Shown here: one piece after another, positions 29,569 to 39,740 of the stretch
Layout of the letters: every line of letters begins with the position of its first letter
Numbering within the stretch: the stretch's first letter is position 1
Source of the DNA: an uncultured Clostridium sp.
GTDB taxonomy: Bacteria; Bacillota; Clostridia; TANB77; CAG-508
Assembly (NCBI GenBank): GCA_902461935.1
Contig: CABPZP010000005.1
Location: 4,054-68,053, forward strand
Length of the DNA: 64,000 nucleotides
Direction: 5' to 3'
The notes under the pieces: generated by a model
Told to the model about the DNA's origin: nothing
Database searches by the model: none
What the model saw: the letters and a program-made list of their open reading frames with translations, nothing else
Program-made: the position numbers and the translations under genes

Positions 29569-29727
29569 TGTAGGGGCGGACGCCTCTGTCCGCCTATCAA
29601 TAAATGATAAAAATATTTTGTTATAAAATTTAAGTCTTTGAATAACAATTGTCAAACGTTGTAGGGGTCGGCGTCCTCGACGACCCGAAAAAATAACATA
29701 AATTTTTAAATTAATTTTCTCGAAATA
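29569..29727 (+). repeat. composite modular repeat, copy 2
   Basis: Direct-repeat partner of 27098-27258 with the same two-hairpin architecture. Confidence 0.85.
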
Positions 29728-29799
29728 TATTTTATATTTAAATAAGTATGTTTTATTAACAAAAGTAATTTTTTTAAATAATATATAATAGGTGATTCT

Positions 29800-30306
29800 A
29801 TGAAATTATTTAAAGAATTATACGATGATGCTAAAAATATACAAAAAAAAGACCCAGCTGCGAGAAACATATTAGAAGTTATTATTTTATATCAAGGATT
29901 TCATGTTTTAGTATACTACAGAATAGCACATTTCTTTTATTACCATCGATTTTATTTTATAGCGAGATTAATATCACAATTAGGAAGGTTTTTAACAGGA
30001 ATAGAAATTCATCCAGGAGCAAAAATTGGTAGAAGATTATTTATAGATCATGGAATGGGAATTGTAATAGGAGAAACAACAACAATAGGAAATGATTGCA
30101 CAATTTACCATGGGGTTACTCTTGGAGGAACAGGAAAAGATAAATATAAAAGACATCCAGACTTAGGTAATAATGTAATGGTTGGCTGTGGTGCGAAAGT
30201 TTTGGGACCTATAAAAATAGGTAATAATGTAAAAATTGGAAGTAATAGTACAATTTTAAGTAATGTTGAAGATAATAAAACTGTAGTTGGTATATACAAA
30301 AAATGA
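29800..30306 (+). CDS. cysE: serine O-acetyltransferase (short form)
   Basis: SATase N-terminal helix region ([16 protein letters not shown]) and left-handed beta-helix hexapeptide repeats [29 protein letters not shown]. Confidence 0.75.
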   Translation: MKLFKELYDDAKNIQKKDPAARNILEVIILYQGFHVLVYYRIAHFFYYHRFYFIARLISQLGRFLTGIEIHPGAKIGRRLFIDHGMGIVIGETTTIGNDCTIYHGVTLGGTGKDKYKRHPDLGNNVMVGCGAKVLGPIKIGNNVKIGSNSTILSNVEDNKTVVGIYKK

Positions 30307-30329
30307 GCCGCAATGCGGCTCACTTTTTT
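30305..30329 (+). terminator. intrinsic terminator
   Basis: GAGCCGCAATGCGGCTC plus T6. Confidence 0.7.
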
Positions 30330-30630
30330 AATCCTCATTTTCTTTAAAATAATCAATAAATTTAAAAACATCATAAATTTCAATCCATAATTTGTAGTCC
30401 AAAATTAATTTAACAGGTTCATAATTCTTTATTTGGTTTGAGTTAATTGTTAAATAATTATCATGAATATACAATATAAATTCTGGATAAATATTCTTTC
30501 CTTCTATAATCTTTTTAAATATTGTTGAATTAAAAGGATTATTTGGAAAATCTTTTACTCGCACAATAAATCTTTTATGTGTTGGAAAAGTTTTCCGAGA
30601 TTCTTTTAGTTTGTCTAAGTAATTTTGCAT
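30328..30630 (-). CDS. hypothetical protein (100 aa)
   Basis: ORF with a plausible RBS; no recognisable family. Confidence 0.3.
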   Translation of the reverse strand: MQNYLDKLKESRKTFPTHKRFIVRVKDFPNNPFNSTIFKKIIEGKNIYPEFILYIHDNYLTINSNQIKNYEPVKLILDYKLWIEIYDVFKFIDYFKENED

Positions 30631-30759
30631 AAAACCTCCTTAAGTAGATAACAACTGTTTTGACTAGTTTATTTTAACACAGTGTACATAAAAAAGCAAA
30701 CAAAACTCTTGTTTTGTATAAAAAAATATTGTATAATTACTTTCGTATAGGGGGTAAAA

Positions 30760-33591
30760 ATGAATAATGAAATTGTAATAAAGGGTGCTAAAGAGCATAA
30801 TTTAAAAAATATAAATTTAAAAATACCAAGGGATAAATTGGTTGTTATTACAGGACTTTCTGGTTCTGGAAAGTCTTCACTTGCATTTGATACTTTATAT
30901 GCAGAAGGGCAACGTAGATATGTTGAAAGTTTATCTTCATATGCAAGGCAATTTTTAGGGGTTATGCAAAAGCCAAATGTTCAACTAATAGAAGGACTTT
31001 CACCAGCTATTTCAATAGATCAAAAAACAACTTCTAAAAATCCACGTTCAACAGTTGGAACTGTTACAGAAATATATGATTATATTCGTTTATTATATGC
31101 AAGAATAGGGGTTCCATATTGTCCAAACTGTCATACAAAAATTGAAAAACAAAGTATTGACCAAATTATAGATAATATTTTAGCTTTAAAAGAAGGTACT
31201 AAATTTCAAATATTAGCACCAGTAGTTAGAGATAGAAAAGGTGAATTTGTAAAACAAATACAGGAATATCAAAAAAATGGATTTGTTAGAGCAAAAATTG
31301 ATGGAGAAATTGTTGAGCTTTCAGATGAAATTAAGCTTAGTAAAACTAAAAAACATAAAATAGATTTAATTGTAGATAGATTAGTTATAAAAAATGGAAT
31401 ACGAAGTAGACTTACAGAATCTGTTGAAACAGCTATGAAATATGCGGATAATCTTGTTGTAATTGAAGTATTTGAAGGTAGTAAATCAAAAGAAATATTA
31501 TATAGTGCTAACTATGCTTGTCCAACTTGTGGATTTAGTTTTCCAGAATTATCTCCAAGAATGTTTTCATTTAACAATCCTCAAGGAGCTTGTTCATCTT
31601 GTACAGGAATAGGATATTTATTAAAAATGGATGAAGATTTAATTATTCCAGATAAAAATAAAACTTTATATGACGGAGTTAAGGCTTTTGGTGCAAGTAC
31701 TATGAAAAAAAGTGAAACAATGGCTAAAATGTATTTTGAAAGTATTGCTAAACATTACGGAGTAGATATAAAAGTTCCAATAAAAAAATTACCAAGAGAA
31801 TTTTTGGATAAAATTTTATATGGAACTGGAGATGAAGTAATAGACTTTGAATATACATCTTATGCAGGAACACGTAGATTTTCGGCTCCATTTGAAGGTG
31901 TAATACCTACATTAGAAAGAAGACATAGAGAAACAAAATCAAATGGAATGAGACAGTTTTACGAAATGTATATGAGCGATTCAGAATGTCCAGAATGTAA
32001 AGGAGCAAGATTAAAAGCAGAAATTTTATCTATAAAAATTGGCGATAAAAATATAAATGAATTAACTGCAATGCCAATTAGAGAAATGAAAGATTATATA
32101 AACAGTATTGAACTTAATGAAAAAGAAAGAATGATTTCAGACTTAATTTTAAAAGAAATAGATGCAAGATTACAATTCTTGATTGATGTTGGCTTAGATT
32201 ATTTAACATTATCTAGAAGTTCTGGAACATTATCTGGAGGAGAAGCACAACGTATACGTTTAGCAACACAAATTGGTTCAGGATTAACAGGAGTTTTATA
32301 TATTCTAGATGAACCAAGTATAGGACTTCATCAAAGAGACAATGATAAGTTAATTGCTACTTTAAAGAAGTTAAGAGATTTAGGAAACACATTAATAGTT
32401 GTAGAACACGATGAAGATACAATGTATGCAGCAGACCAAATTATAGATATTGGACCTGGTGCAGGAGTTCATGGCGGAAATGTAATGGCTCAAGGAACTG
32501 CAGAAGAAATAAAACAAATAAAAGATTCTATTACAGGACAATATTTAAGTGGGGCTAAAAAAATACCTGTACCAAAAACAAGAAGGAAACATAGTAAAAG
32601 TAAAGTAATACAAATAAAAGGTGCGACAGAAAATAATTTGAAAAATATAACTGTAGATTTTCCTTTAGGAGTATTTACTTGTGTAACAGGAGTATCTGGG
32701 TCTGGAAAATCAACATTAGTAAATGAAATATTATATAAATCTATAGCTAAAGAATTAAATGGTTCAAATTTAAAACCTGGAAAACATAAGAGTATAAAAG
32801 GTTTAGAAAATATTGATAAAATAATAAATATAGACCAATCTCCTATAGGTAGAACACCACGTTCAAATCCAGCTACATATACTGGTGTATTCGATATTAT
32901 TAGAGATTTGTTTGCAGGAACAAATGAAGCAAAACTTAGAGGATACTCAAAAGGTAGATTTAGTTTTAATGTTGCCGGTGGCAGATGTGAAGCTTGTAAT
33001 GGAGATGGAGTACATAAAATAGAAATGCAATTTTTAGCAGATGTGTATGTGCCTTGTGAAGTGTGTAAAGGAACTCGCTATAATTATGAAACGCTAGAGG
33101 TAAAATATAAAGGAAAAAGCATTGCAGATGTATTAGATATGACAGTTGAAGAAGCACTTGAATTTTTTGATAAAATACCAAAAATAAAGCAAAAAATTCA
33201 AACTTTATATGATGTAGGTTTAGGATATATAAAACTTGGACAACCATCTACAACTCTTTCTGGAGGAGAAGCACAACGTGTAAAACTTGCAACAGAATTA
33301 TCTAAAAGAGCAACTGGAAAAACTTTATACATTTTAGACGAACCAACAACAGGTTTACATATAGCAGACGTTCATAAGTTAGTAGATATTTTACAAAGAC
33401 TTGTAGACACAGGAAATAGCATAATTGTTATTGAACACAATTTAGATTTAATAAAAACAGCAGATTATATAATAGATTTAGGTCCGGAAGGCGGAAACGG
33501 TGGAGGGCAAATTGTAGCAGTTGGTTCACCAGAGCAAATATGTAAAAACGAACAAAGTTATACAGGAAAATTCTTGAAAAAATATTTGTAG
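30760..33591 (+). CDS. uvrA: excinuclease ABC subunit A
   Basis: 943 aa; two ABC ATPase modules (GLSGSGKSS; GVSGSGKST), zinc fingers (CPNCH; CEACNGDG…CEVCKG), [12 protein letters not shown] signature motifs. Confidence 0.95.
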   Translation: MNNEIVIKGAKEHNLKNINLKIPRDKLVVITGLSGSGKSSLAFDTLYAEGQRRYVESLSSYARQFLGVMQKPNVQLIEGLSPAISIDQKTTSKNPRSTVGTVTEIYDYIRLLYARIGVPYCPNCHTKIEKQSIDQIIDNILALKEGTKFQILAPVVRDRKGEFVKQIQEYQKNGFVRAKIDGEIVELSDEIKLSKTKKHKIDLIVDRLVIKNGIRSRLTESVETAMKYADNLVVIEVFEGSKSKEILYSANYACPTCGFSFPELSPRMFSFNNPQGACSSCTGIGYLLKMDEDLIIPDKNKTLYDGVKAFGASTMKKSETMAKMYFESIAKHYGVDIKVPIKKLPREFLDKILYGTGDEVIDFEYTSYAGTRRFSAPFEGVIPTLERRHRETKSNGMRQFYEMYMSDSECPECKGARLKAEILSIKIGDKNINELTAMPIREMKDYINSIELNEKERMISDLILKEIDARLQFLIDVGLDYLTLSRSSGTLSGGEAQRIRLATQIGSGLTGVLYILDEPSIGLHQRDNDKLIATLKKLRDLGNTLIVVEHDEDTMYAADQIIDIGPGAGVHGGNVMAQGTAEEIKQIKDSITGQYLSGAKKIPVPKTRRKHSKSKVIQIKGATENNLKNITVDFPLGVFTCVTGVSGSGKSTLVNEILYKSIAKELNGSNLKPGKHKSIKGLENIDKIINIDQSPIGRTPRSNPATYTGVFDIIRDLFAGTNEAKLRGYSKGRFSFNVAGGRCEACNGDGVHKIEMQFLADVYVPCEVCKGTRYNYETLEVKYKGKSIADVLDMTVEEALEFFDKIPKIKQKIQTLYDVGLGYIKLGQPSTTLSGGEAQRVKLATELSKRATGKTLYILDEPTTGLHIADVHKLVDILQRLVDTGNSIIVIEHNLDLIKTADYIIDLGPEGGNGGGQIVAVGSPEQICKNEQSYTGKFLKKYL

Positions 33592-33796
33592 ATAAAAAAG
33601 TAGCTTTGGTACTGGACAGACATATCTAAAAGTAATATATGATTTTGAAAAGAATGGATGTCAGATACAAAAAATTCAGAATATGACAACCAAGGAAAGT
33701 TGTTAACAAGAATGGAAGAGAATGGCAAAGAACAAATATTATATTTTATAAAAGATTTTAAAGTACCATCAACTAGCTATGCTTTTTGTAATTTTC

Positions 33797-33810
33797 TACT
33801 GAACTGTAAC
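33797..33810. repeat. solo copy of the 14-bp TACTGAACTGTAAC terminal-repeat motif
   Basis: Identical to the right arm of the inverted-repeat element at 50049-50128. Confidence 0.4.
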
Positions 33811-33901
33811 AATATTATTAATATTTTGCCAAAAAATGTTGATTTTTTAAACTTCAATGTGATATAATAAGCACTGTTGTTAAATATAAGGAGGAATTAT
33901 A

Positions 33902-35344
33902 ATGAACAAATTAAGAAGAACAAATATTGTTGGAACAATAGGACCAGCAAGTGAAAGTGAAGAAATGCTTACAAAACTTATCAATGCTGGATTAAACGTA
34001 ACTAGAATTAACTTTTCTCATGGTGGATATGAAGAAAATGGAGTTAAAATTGAAACTATAAAAAAAGTTAGAAAAGAATTAAATAGACCAGTAGCATTAT
34101 TATTAGATACAAAAGGACCAGAAATTAGAACAGGTGTATTAGAATCTGGAAACGATAAAGTAACTATCGAAGAAGGACAAACATTTACATTTGTAAACGA
34201 AGATATAATTGGAAATAATACAAAAACAACAATATCTTACAAAGATTTATATAAAGATGTAAAAGTTGGATCTACACTATTGGTTGATGATGGAGCAATT
34301 GAATTTGAAATATTAGAAATAAAAGGTAAAGATATAGTATGTAAAGCTTTAAATACAGGAAGATTAGGAAGCAGAAAAACAATGAATGTTCCTGGTGTAA
34401 AACTTGAATTACCAGCTTTAACTCAAAAAGATATAGATGATATAACAGAAGGAATCAAAAGAGGATTCGATTATATTGCTGCATCATTCGTTAGAAAAGC
34501 AGCTGATGTTATAGCTATAAGAACATTATTAAATGAAAATGGTGGAGAAAACGTAAAAATAATCTCTAAAATAGAAAACCAAGAAGGTATAGATAACTTC
34601 GAAGAAATATTAGAATTATCAGATGGTATTATGGTAGCTCGTGGAGATATGGGTGTTGAAATACCAATGGAAGAAGTTCCAGTTGTTCAAAAATATTTCA
34701 TTAAAAGATGTGCTGAAGTTGGAAAACCAGTTATAACAGCTACACAAATGTTAGAATCTATGACATCTAATCCAAGACCAACAAGAGCTGAAGTTAGTGA
34801 CGTTGCAAATGCTGTATATGATAGAACAGGTTCAATAATGTTATCTGGAGAATGTGCTATGGGTAAATATCCAGTAGAATGTGTTGAAGCAATGGATAGA
34901 ATAGCTACAAGAATTGAAAATGATATTAATTACTGGAAGAGATTTGAAAAGAAAAATTATAAAATAAAATCTGATGACTTTGAAGGAAATATTGCATATT
35001 CAACATGTATGAATGCTAAAAATGTTGAAGCGAAAGCAATTGTTGCATTTACAGGAACAGGAAATAGTGTAAGAAGAATATCTGGAATTGGTCCACAATG
35101 CCCAGTATTTGCAATTACAACAAACGAAAAAGTATACAACCAATTATCAGTTGTATGGAATGTTTTCCCAGTTCTAGTTGAAGAACAAGAAACAATTGAA
35201 AAATGCATTGAAAAAGGAATAGAAGTTTTAAAAGCAGAAAAAATGTTAGAAGATGAAGATATAGTTGTAGTATCAGGAGGAAGCAAAATATTACCAGATT
35301 CAGACGCTAAGAGCAAAGTTGTTGGAGGAATATTAAAAGTTTAA
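33902..35344 (+). CDS. pyk: pyruvate kinase
   Basis: 480 aa; RRTNIVGTIGPAS…NFSHG, MVARGDMGVEIP active-site region, C-terminal regulatory domain. Confidence 0.92.
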   Translation: MNKLRRTNIVGTIGPASESEEMLTKLINAGLNVTRINFSHGGYEENGVKIETIKKVRKELNRPVALLLDTKGPEIRTGVLESGNDKVTIEEGQTFTFVNEDIIGNNTKTTISYKDLYKDVKVGSTLLVDDGAIEFEILEIKGKDIVCKALNTGRLGSRKTMNVPGVKLELPALTQKDIDDITEGIKRGFDYIAASFVRKAADVIAIRTLLNENGGENVKIISKIENQEGIDNFEEILELSDGIMVARGDMGVEIPMEEVPVVQKYFIKRCAEVGKPVITATQMLESMTSNPRPTRAEVSDVANAVYDRTGSIMLSGECAMGKYPVECVEAMDRIATRIENDINYWKRFEKKNYKIKSDDFEGNIAYSTCMNAKNVEAKAIVAFTGTGNSVRRISGIGPQCPVFAITTNEKVYNQLSVVWNVFPVLVEEQETIEKCIEKGIEVLKAEKMLEDEDIVVVSGGSKILPDSDAKSKVVGGILKV

Positions 35345-35381
35345 TTTATATTAAACCTAAATATACTTAAGAAATTATTAA

Positions 35382-35422
35382 AACACCTAAAATATTAAAT
35401 ACTTAATGTTTTAGGTGTTTGT
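35382..35422 (+). terminator. intrinsic terminator of pyk
   Basis: AACACCTAAAA…TTTTAGGTGTT hairpin followed by T-rich sequence. Confidence 0.6.
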
Positions 35423-35440
35423 TTCATATAAGGGGGAAAA

Positions 35441-35917
35441 ATGGACACTTTTAAAAGAATATTATTTTGGGTTGTGATTATTGTTATAGTATTTTTTGTT
35501 ACCAATTTTTGTAATTTTTATATAATAGCTTCAACTTATAAAGATATAGAGTGTAAAATTACTAATTCGAATAATTTAGAAATAACAAAAAAAGAATGTA
35601 AAGCTACATATGTGAATGGATATTGTAAATTAAGTGTAAAAAATACATCTGAAACAGATATTTCTAATAAATATATAATTTTAGAAGGATATTCAGAATA
35701 TAATAACAATCTAACAAATAAATATATAGAAATAGATAATATAAAAGCTGGAGAAGAAAAAGAAATACAGTTCAATTATAAAGCACAGGAGGTAAAAAAT
35801 GTTTCTGTGTATGTTACAGAAAATGAGCCAGAAAAAGAAAAATTTGATTTAAATGAAGAGGTAGACGGACCAACAATTTTAATAGGAGCAATAATACTTT
35901 TATATTTTTTCGGATAA
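35441..35917 (+). CDS. hypothetical bitopic membrane protein
   Basis: N-terminal and C-terminal TM helices flank an exposed domain of about 110 aa; RBS GGGGGA. Confidence 0.35.
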   Translation: MDTFKRILFWVVIIVIVFFVTNFCNFYIIASTYKDIECKITNSNNLEITKKECKATYVNGYCKLSVKNTSETDISNKYIILEGYSEYNNNLTNKYIEIDNIKAGEEKEIQFNYKAQEVKNVSVYVTENEPEKEKFDLNEEVDGPTILIGAIILLYFFG

Positions 35918-36007
35918 ATTTGAATTTATTTTAAAATTAGGTTGATATTTTTACGTGTATGTAATATAATTGTAACACATTTGTAATAAACGGAAAGGGA
36001 GATTATA

Positions 36008-37015
36008 ATGTTTGGTTTTGGACAAGATATAGGAATTGATCTTGGAACTGCTACAGTAATAGCATATGTTAAAGGAAAAGGAATAGTTTTAAGAGAACCT
36101 TCAGTTGTAGCTGTAGACAAAAATTCAGGAGAAGTTCTAGCAGTAGGAAAAGAAGCAAGAAGAATGTTAGGAAGAACTCCAGGAAGTATTGTTGCCACAA
36201 GACCTTTAAGAGATGGCGTTATTTCAGATTATACAGTAACAGAAAAAATGCTAAAATACTTTATTAATAAAGTATGTGGTAAATTTATATTTTCGCCTAG
36301 AATGATGATATGTATTCCATCGCAAGTAACAGAAGTTGAAAAAAGAGCTGTTATAGATGCTGCATCTCAAGCAGGAGCTAGAAAAGTGTATTTAATAGAA
36401 GAACCAATAGCAGCAGCAATTGGAGCAGGAATAGATATTTCTAAACCATGTGGAAATATGATAGTAGATATAGGTGGAGGTACAACAGATATAGCTGTAA
36501 TATCACTTGGAGGTTCTGTTGTAAGCACTTCTTTAAAAGTTGCAGGAGATAAATTCGACGAATATATAGTGAAATATGTAAAAAGAAAATATAATGTAAT
36601 TATAGGGGAGAGAACAGCCGAAGATTTAAAAGTAAATATAGGTTGTGTGTATCCAAAAATACAAGATATGGAAATGGACATAAGAGGTAGAGACTTGGGA
36701 ACAGGTCTACCAAAAACAGTTACACTATATTCAAGCGAAATGCTAGAAGCTATGATAGAACCAGCAATGATGATAGTTGATGCTGTACATTCTGTTTTAG
36801 AAAAAACACCACCAGAATTAGCTGCGGATATTAGTGACAAAGGAATATATATGACAGGTGGAGGATGTTTAGTAGACGGTTTAGATAAACTTTTGCAAGA
36901 AAAAACCGGAATAAATGTAATGATAGCAGAAGACACAGTATCATGTGTTGCACTAGGTACAGGAAAAGCTTTAGACAATTTAGATGCATTAGATGGAAAA
37001 GCAAAAAGAAGATAA
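36008..37015 (+). CDS. mreB: rod shape-determining actin homologue MreB/Mbl
   Basis: DIGIDLGTATV phosphate-1 motif, DIGGGTTD phosphate-2, full-length actin-fold pattern. Confidence 0.9.
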   Translation: MFGFGQDIGIDLGTATVIAYVKGKGIVLREPSVVAVDKNSGEVLAVGKEARRMLGRTPGSIVATRPLRDGVISDYTVTEKMLKYFINKVCGKFIFSPRMMICIPSQVTEVEKRAVIDAASQAGARKVYLIEEPIAAAIGAGIDISKPCGNMIVDIGGGTTDIAVISLGGSVVSTSLKVAGDKFDEYIVKYVKRKYNVIIGERTAEDLKVNIGCVYPKIQDMEMDIRGRDLGTGLPKTVTLYSSEMLEAMIEPAMMIVDAVHSVLEKTPPELAADISDKGIYMTGGGCLVDGLDKLLQEKTGINVMIAEDTVSCVALGTGKALDNLDALDGKAKRR

Positions 37016-37095
37016 AATATATTTTGTATAGCCCTAAAATATATTTAACGAAAAAAAGCCTTTTAACATATTATGTGTTAGAAGGTGATTTTTTT

Positions 37096-37440
37096 ATGTT
37101 TGAAAGCTTACTTGGATTTATAATTATGATACTTGCAATATATGGAGGCATATGCTTAGTTAAAGATATTATTAGGATAAGTACATATAATATAAATAAA
37201 AATGATGGAATATATTTTATAATAGCTGCAAAAAATCAAGAAAATAATATTGAAGAGTTCATAAGAACAACATTATTTAGAATAGTTTATGGTAAAGAAG
37301 AGAGCATAAATAATATAACACTAGTAGATTTAAAATCTAAGGATAATACAAAAAATATTATGGAAGAAATAGCAAGAGAAAATGAAAATGTAAAAGTGTT
37401 TAATATAAATGAATATAAAAAAATAATTGAAGATATGTAA
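37096..37440 (+). CDS. hypothetical small membrane protein (114 aa)
   Basis: RBS AGAAGGTGA before ATG 37096; the track ORF 36943.. is an artefactual upstream extension overlapping mreB. Confidence 0.35.
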   Translation: MFESLLGFIIMILAIYGGICLVKDIIRISTYNINKNDGIYFIIAAKNQENNIEEFIRTTLFRIVYGKEESINNITLVDLKSKDNTKNIMEEIARENENVKVFNINEYKKIIEDM

Positions 37441-37903
37441 AAAGACAATTAAACATACTAACAGCAATTAGACCATAAAATGAGATCAATTACCTCCAAA
37501 ACTATAAAAAAAACAAGTTCCTTATTCTTTTCGTACTTTTTCCTTTTATCGTTCATAAATAAATCCTCCATTTTCTTCTATTGTTGTTTTAGGTTATTAT
37601 GTTTTTTGACTTATTGTTGAATCATTTGCCAAAGTACAGTAGCCATTTTTTCTTGGCAATATCAATTTTTTCTTCTTTCAAATACTTTATTGTACTATTA
37701 TTTTCTACATAGATCTCTAATTGTTGCTGAACAAGTTTGTCAGCTTTGAGATCAGGAAATAATGTAATCAAAGTGTAAGTTGTTTTTAATTCTTGTATTA
37801 TTTATTCGTTTTAATGATTTTAATATTGTTTTTAGGCAAAAAAATCAATCAGATTTTATTTTCTGATTGATTTTAGTATCTATAGGTCTAACGAATTTGT
37901 TTT

Positions 37904-37987
37904 TGGTGCGGATGAAGGGACTCGAACCCCCACGTCGTTGACACTGGTTCCTAAGACCAGCGCGTCTACCAGTTCCGCCACATCCGC
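37904..37987 (-). tRNA. tRNA-Leu (anticodon UAG)
   Basis: Reverse complement reads GCGGATGTGGCGGAACTGGTAGACGCGCTGGTCTTAGGAACCAG…GGGTTCGAGTCCCTTCATCCGCACCA; long variable arm, encoded CCA. Confidence 0.85.
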
Positions 37988-38146
37988 ATTTGTTATTAAC
38001 ATTAATTATAATAGCACAATGATTACTATGATGTCAAGCATACTATAAAAAAAATATATTTTTTTTTATAAATTTATTTTTTAAAAATATTGTAGAATTT
38101 TGAGTTTATATGATAGAATATAAAAAAATATTTTAAAGAGGTTAAT

Positions 38147-39727
38147 ATGTGGAAGATAAATGAAGTAAAAAAACAAGCAAGAAAAACTATTAAGAATAAT
38201 GTGTGGACATTGCTTTTTGTAGGAATAATAATGACTTTTGTATTTGGAGAGTATAGAATTTCTAAAGATGGTTTTTCAAATTTAAAAACATTAGAATCGT
38301 TTATAAAAGGACAAGAAAAAGGAGAACAAGTAGAATTTTTCGATAAAGAAAATGATGAAGTATTAGTAAACAAATATGTTGATCAAATTATAAATCAATC
38401 TTTATTTGGAACTATAAATTCAAATATAACAGACTTTAACCAAAAACACAATGTTACAAAAGGAGTATTTTTTGAGGCTTTTGAAATACTAACAAAAGGA
38501 CAAACTCAACTTCAAAAATTAGTAGATTCTGTAACAGACTATACAACTAAATTAAAAATGGCAGAATTTTTAACAATGGCAATAGCAATAGGTGGTTTTA
38601 TAATAAAAATATTTATAACAAACCCTATAACAGTAGGGGAAAGTAGAATGTTTTTAGAGAGTAAAAATTATAATAAAACAAAAATAAAAAGACTATTGTA
38701 TGCTTTCAAAAAAGAGAGATATTGGGGAAGTGTAAAAACAATATTTGTAAGAAATATATATAAAGATTTGTGGAATTTTACTATAATAGGAGGAATTATA
38801 AAATATTACTCATATAAAATGGTTCCATTTATAGTAGCGGAAAATCCAAAAATAAAACCAAATGAAGCCATAACACTTTCTAAAAATATGATGAATGGTA
38901 ATAAATTAAAAGCGTTTTATTTAGATTTATCTTTTATAGGTTGGCATATTTTACAATATATAACCTTTGGACTTATTGGAATATATGTAAATCCATATGT
39001 AAAAGCAACATATTCTGAGTTATATGCAGAATTAAGAAAAGAATATAAAGAAAATAAAAAAGTAAATTATGAGTTATTAAATGATGATTTATTATTTGAG
39101 AGTAACGAACATTCAAAATATCCTTGTGAAGAAACGAAAAAATTAAAAATTGATTATAACAAAAATTACGAATTAACATCCATAATACTATTTTTCTTCA
39201 CATTCTCATTTGTAGGATGGTTATGGGAAGTAGGATTATTCTTATTTGAAGATGGAATTTTTGTAAATAGAGGAACACTTTATGGTCCATGGCTACCAAT
39301 ATATGGAACAGGTTGTACCTTAATAATTTTATTAACAAAATTTAATTGTGTGAAAAAAATGCTAAAAAATCCACTTTTAACATTTAATGTAAATATGGTG
39401 GTATGTTCAATTATTGAATATGCAACCTCATGGTATATAGAAGTAACACAAGGAACAAGATATTGGGACTACACAGGAATATTTATGAACTTAAATGGAA
39501 GAATATGTTTAGAATGTGCATTATTCTTTGGATTTGGAAGTTGTATATGTGTATACTTTGTAGCACCATTCTTAGAGAAAATGTTCCAAAAATTAACAAA
39601 CAAAGTAAAAATAACAATATGCTTAATTTTAACAATGCTATTTACGGTGGATTCAATATATGCACATAAATACCCACATACAGGAGAAGGAATAACAGAA
39701 CAAAATTCATCAACAACACAAAAATAA
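38147..39727 (+). CDS. polytopic membrane protein, DUF975-like N-terminal and DUF1113/ABC-transporter-type-IV-like C-terminal halves
   Basis: Multiple TM helices; C-terminal YGPWLPIYGTGC motif; family names recalled from memory. Confidence 0.45.
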   Translation: MWKINEVKKQARKTIKNNVWTLLFVGIIMTFVFGEYRISKDGFSNLKTLESFIKGQEKGEQVEFFDKENDEVLVNKYVDQIINQSLFGTINSNITDFNQKHNVTKGVFFEAFEILTKGQTQLQKLVDSVTDYTTKLKMAEFLTMAIAIGGFIIKIFITNPITVGESRMFLESKNYNKTKIKRLLYAFKKERYWGSVKTIFVRNIYKDLWNFTIIGGIIKYYSYKMVPFIVAENPKIKPNEAITLSKNMMNGNKLKAFYLDLSFIGWHILQYITFGLIGIYVNPYVKATYSELYAELRKEYKENKKVNYELLNDDLLFESNEHSKYPCEETKKLKIDYNKNYELTSIILFFFTFSFVGWLWEVGLFLFEDGIFVNRGTLYGPWLPIYGTGCTLIILLTKFNCVKKMLKNPLLTFNVNMVVCSIIEYATSWYIEVTQGTRYWDYTGIFMNLNGRICLECALFFGFGSCICVYFVAPFLEKMFQKLTNKVKITICLILTMLFTVDSIYAHKYPHTGEGITEQNSSTTQK

Positions 39728-39740
39728 AATGGAGGAAAAA

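Noticed and set aside
33658-33867. 69-aa ORF between uvrA and pyk
   Set aside because: No RBS and a low-complexity sequence; the region instead carries the solo TACTGAACTGTAAC repeat arm.
36943-37440. 165-aa ORF overlapping the mreB 3' end
   Set aside because: The first 51 codons overlap mreB in another frame; a RBS-supported ATG at 37096 gives a 114-aa membrane protein instead.
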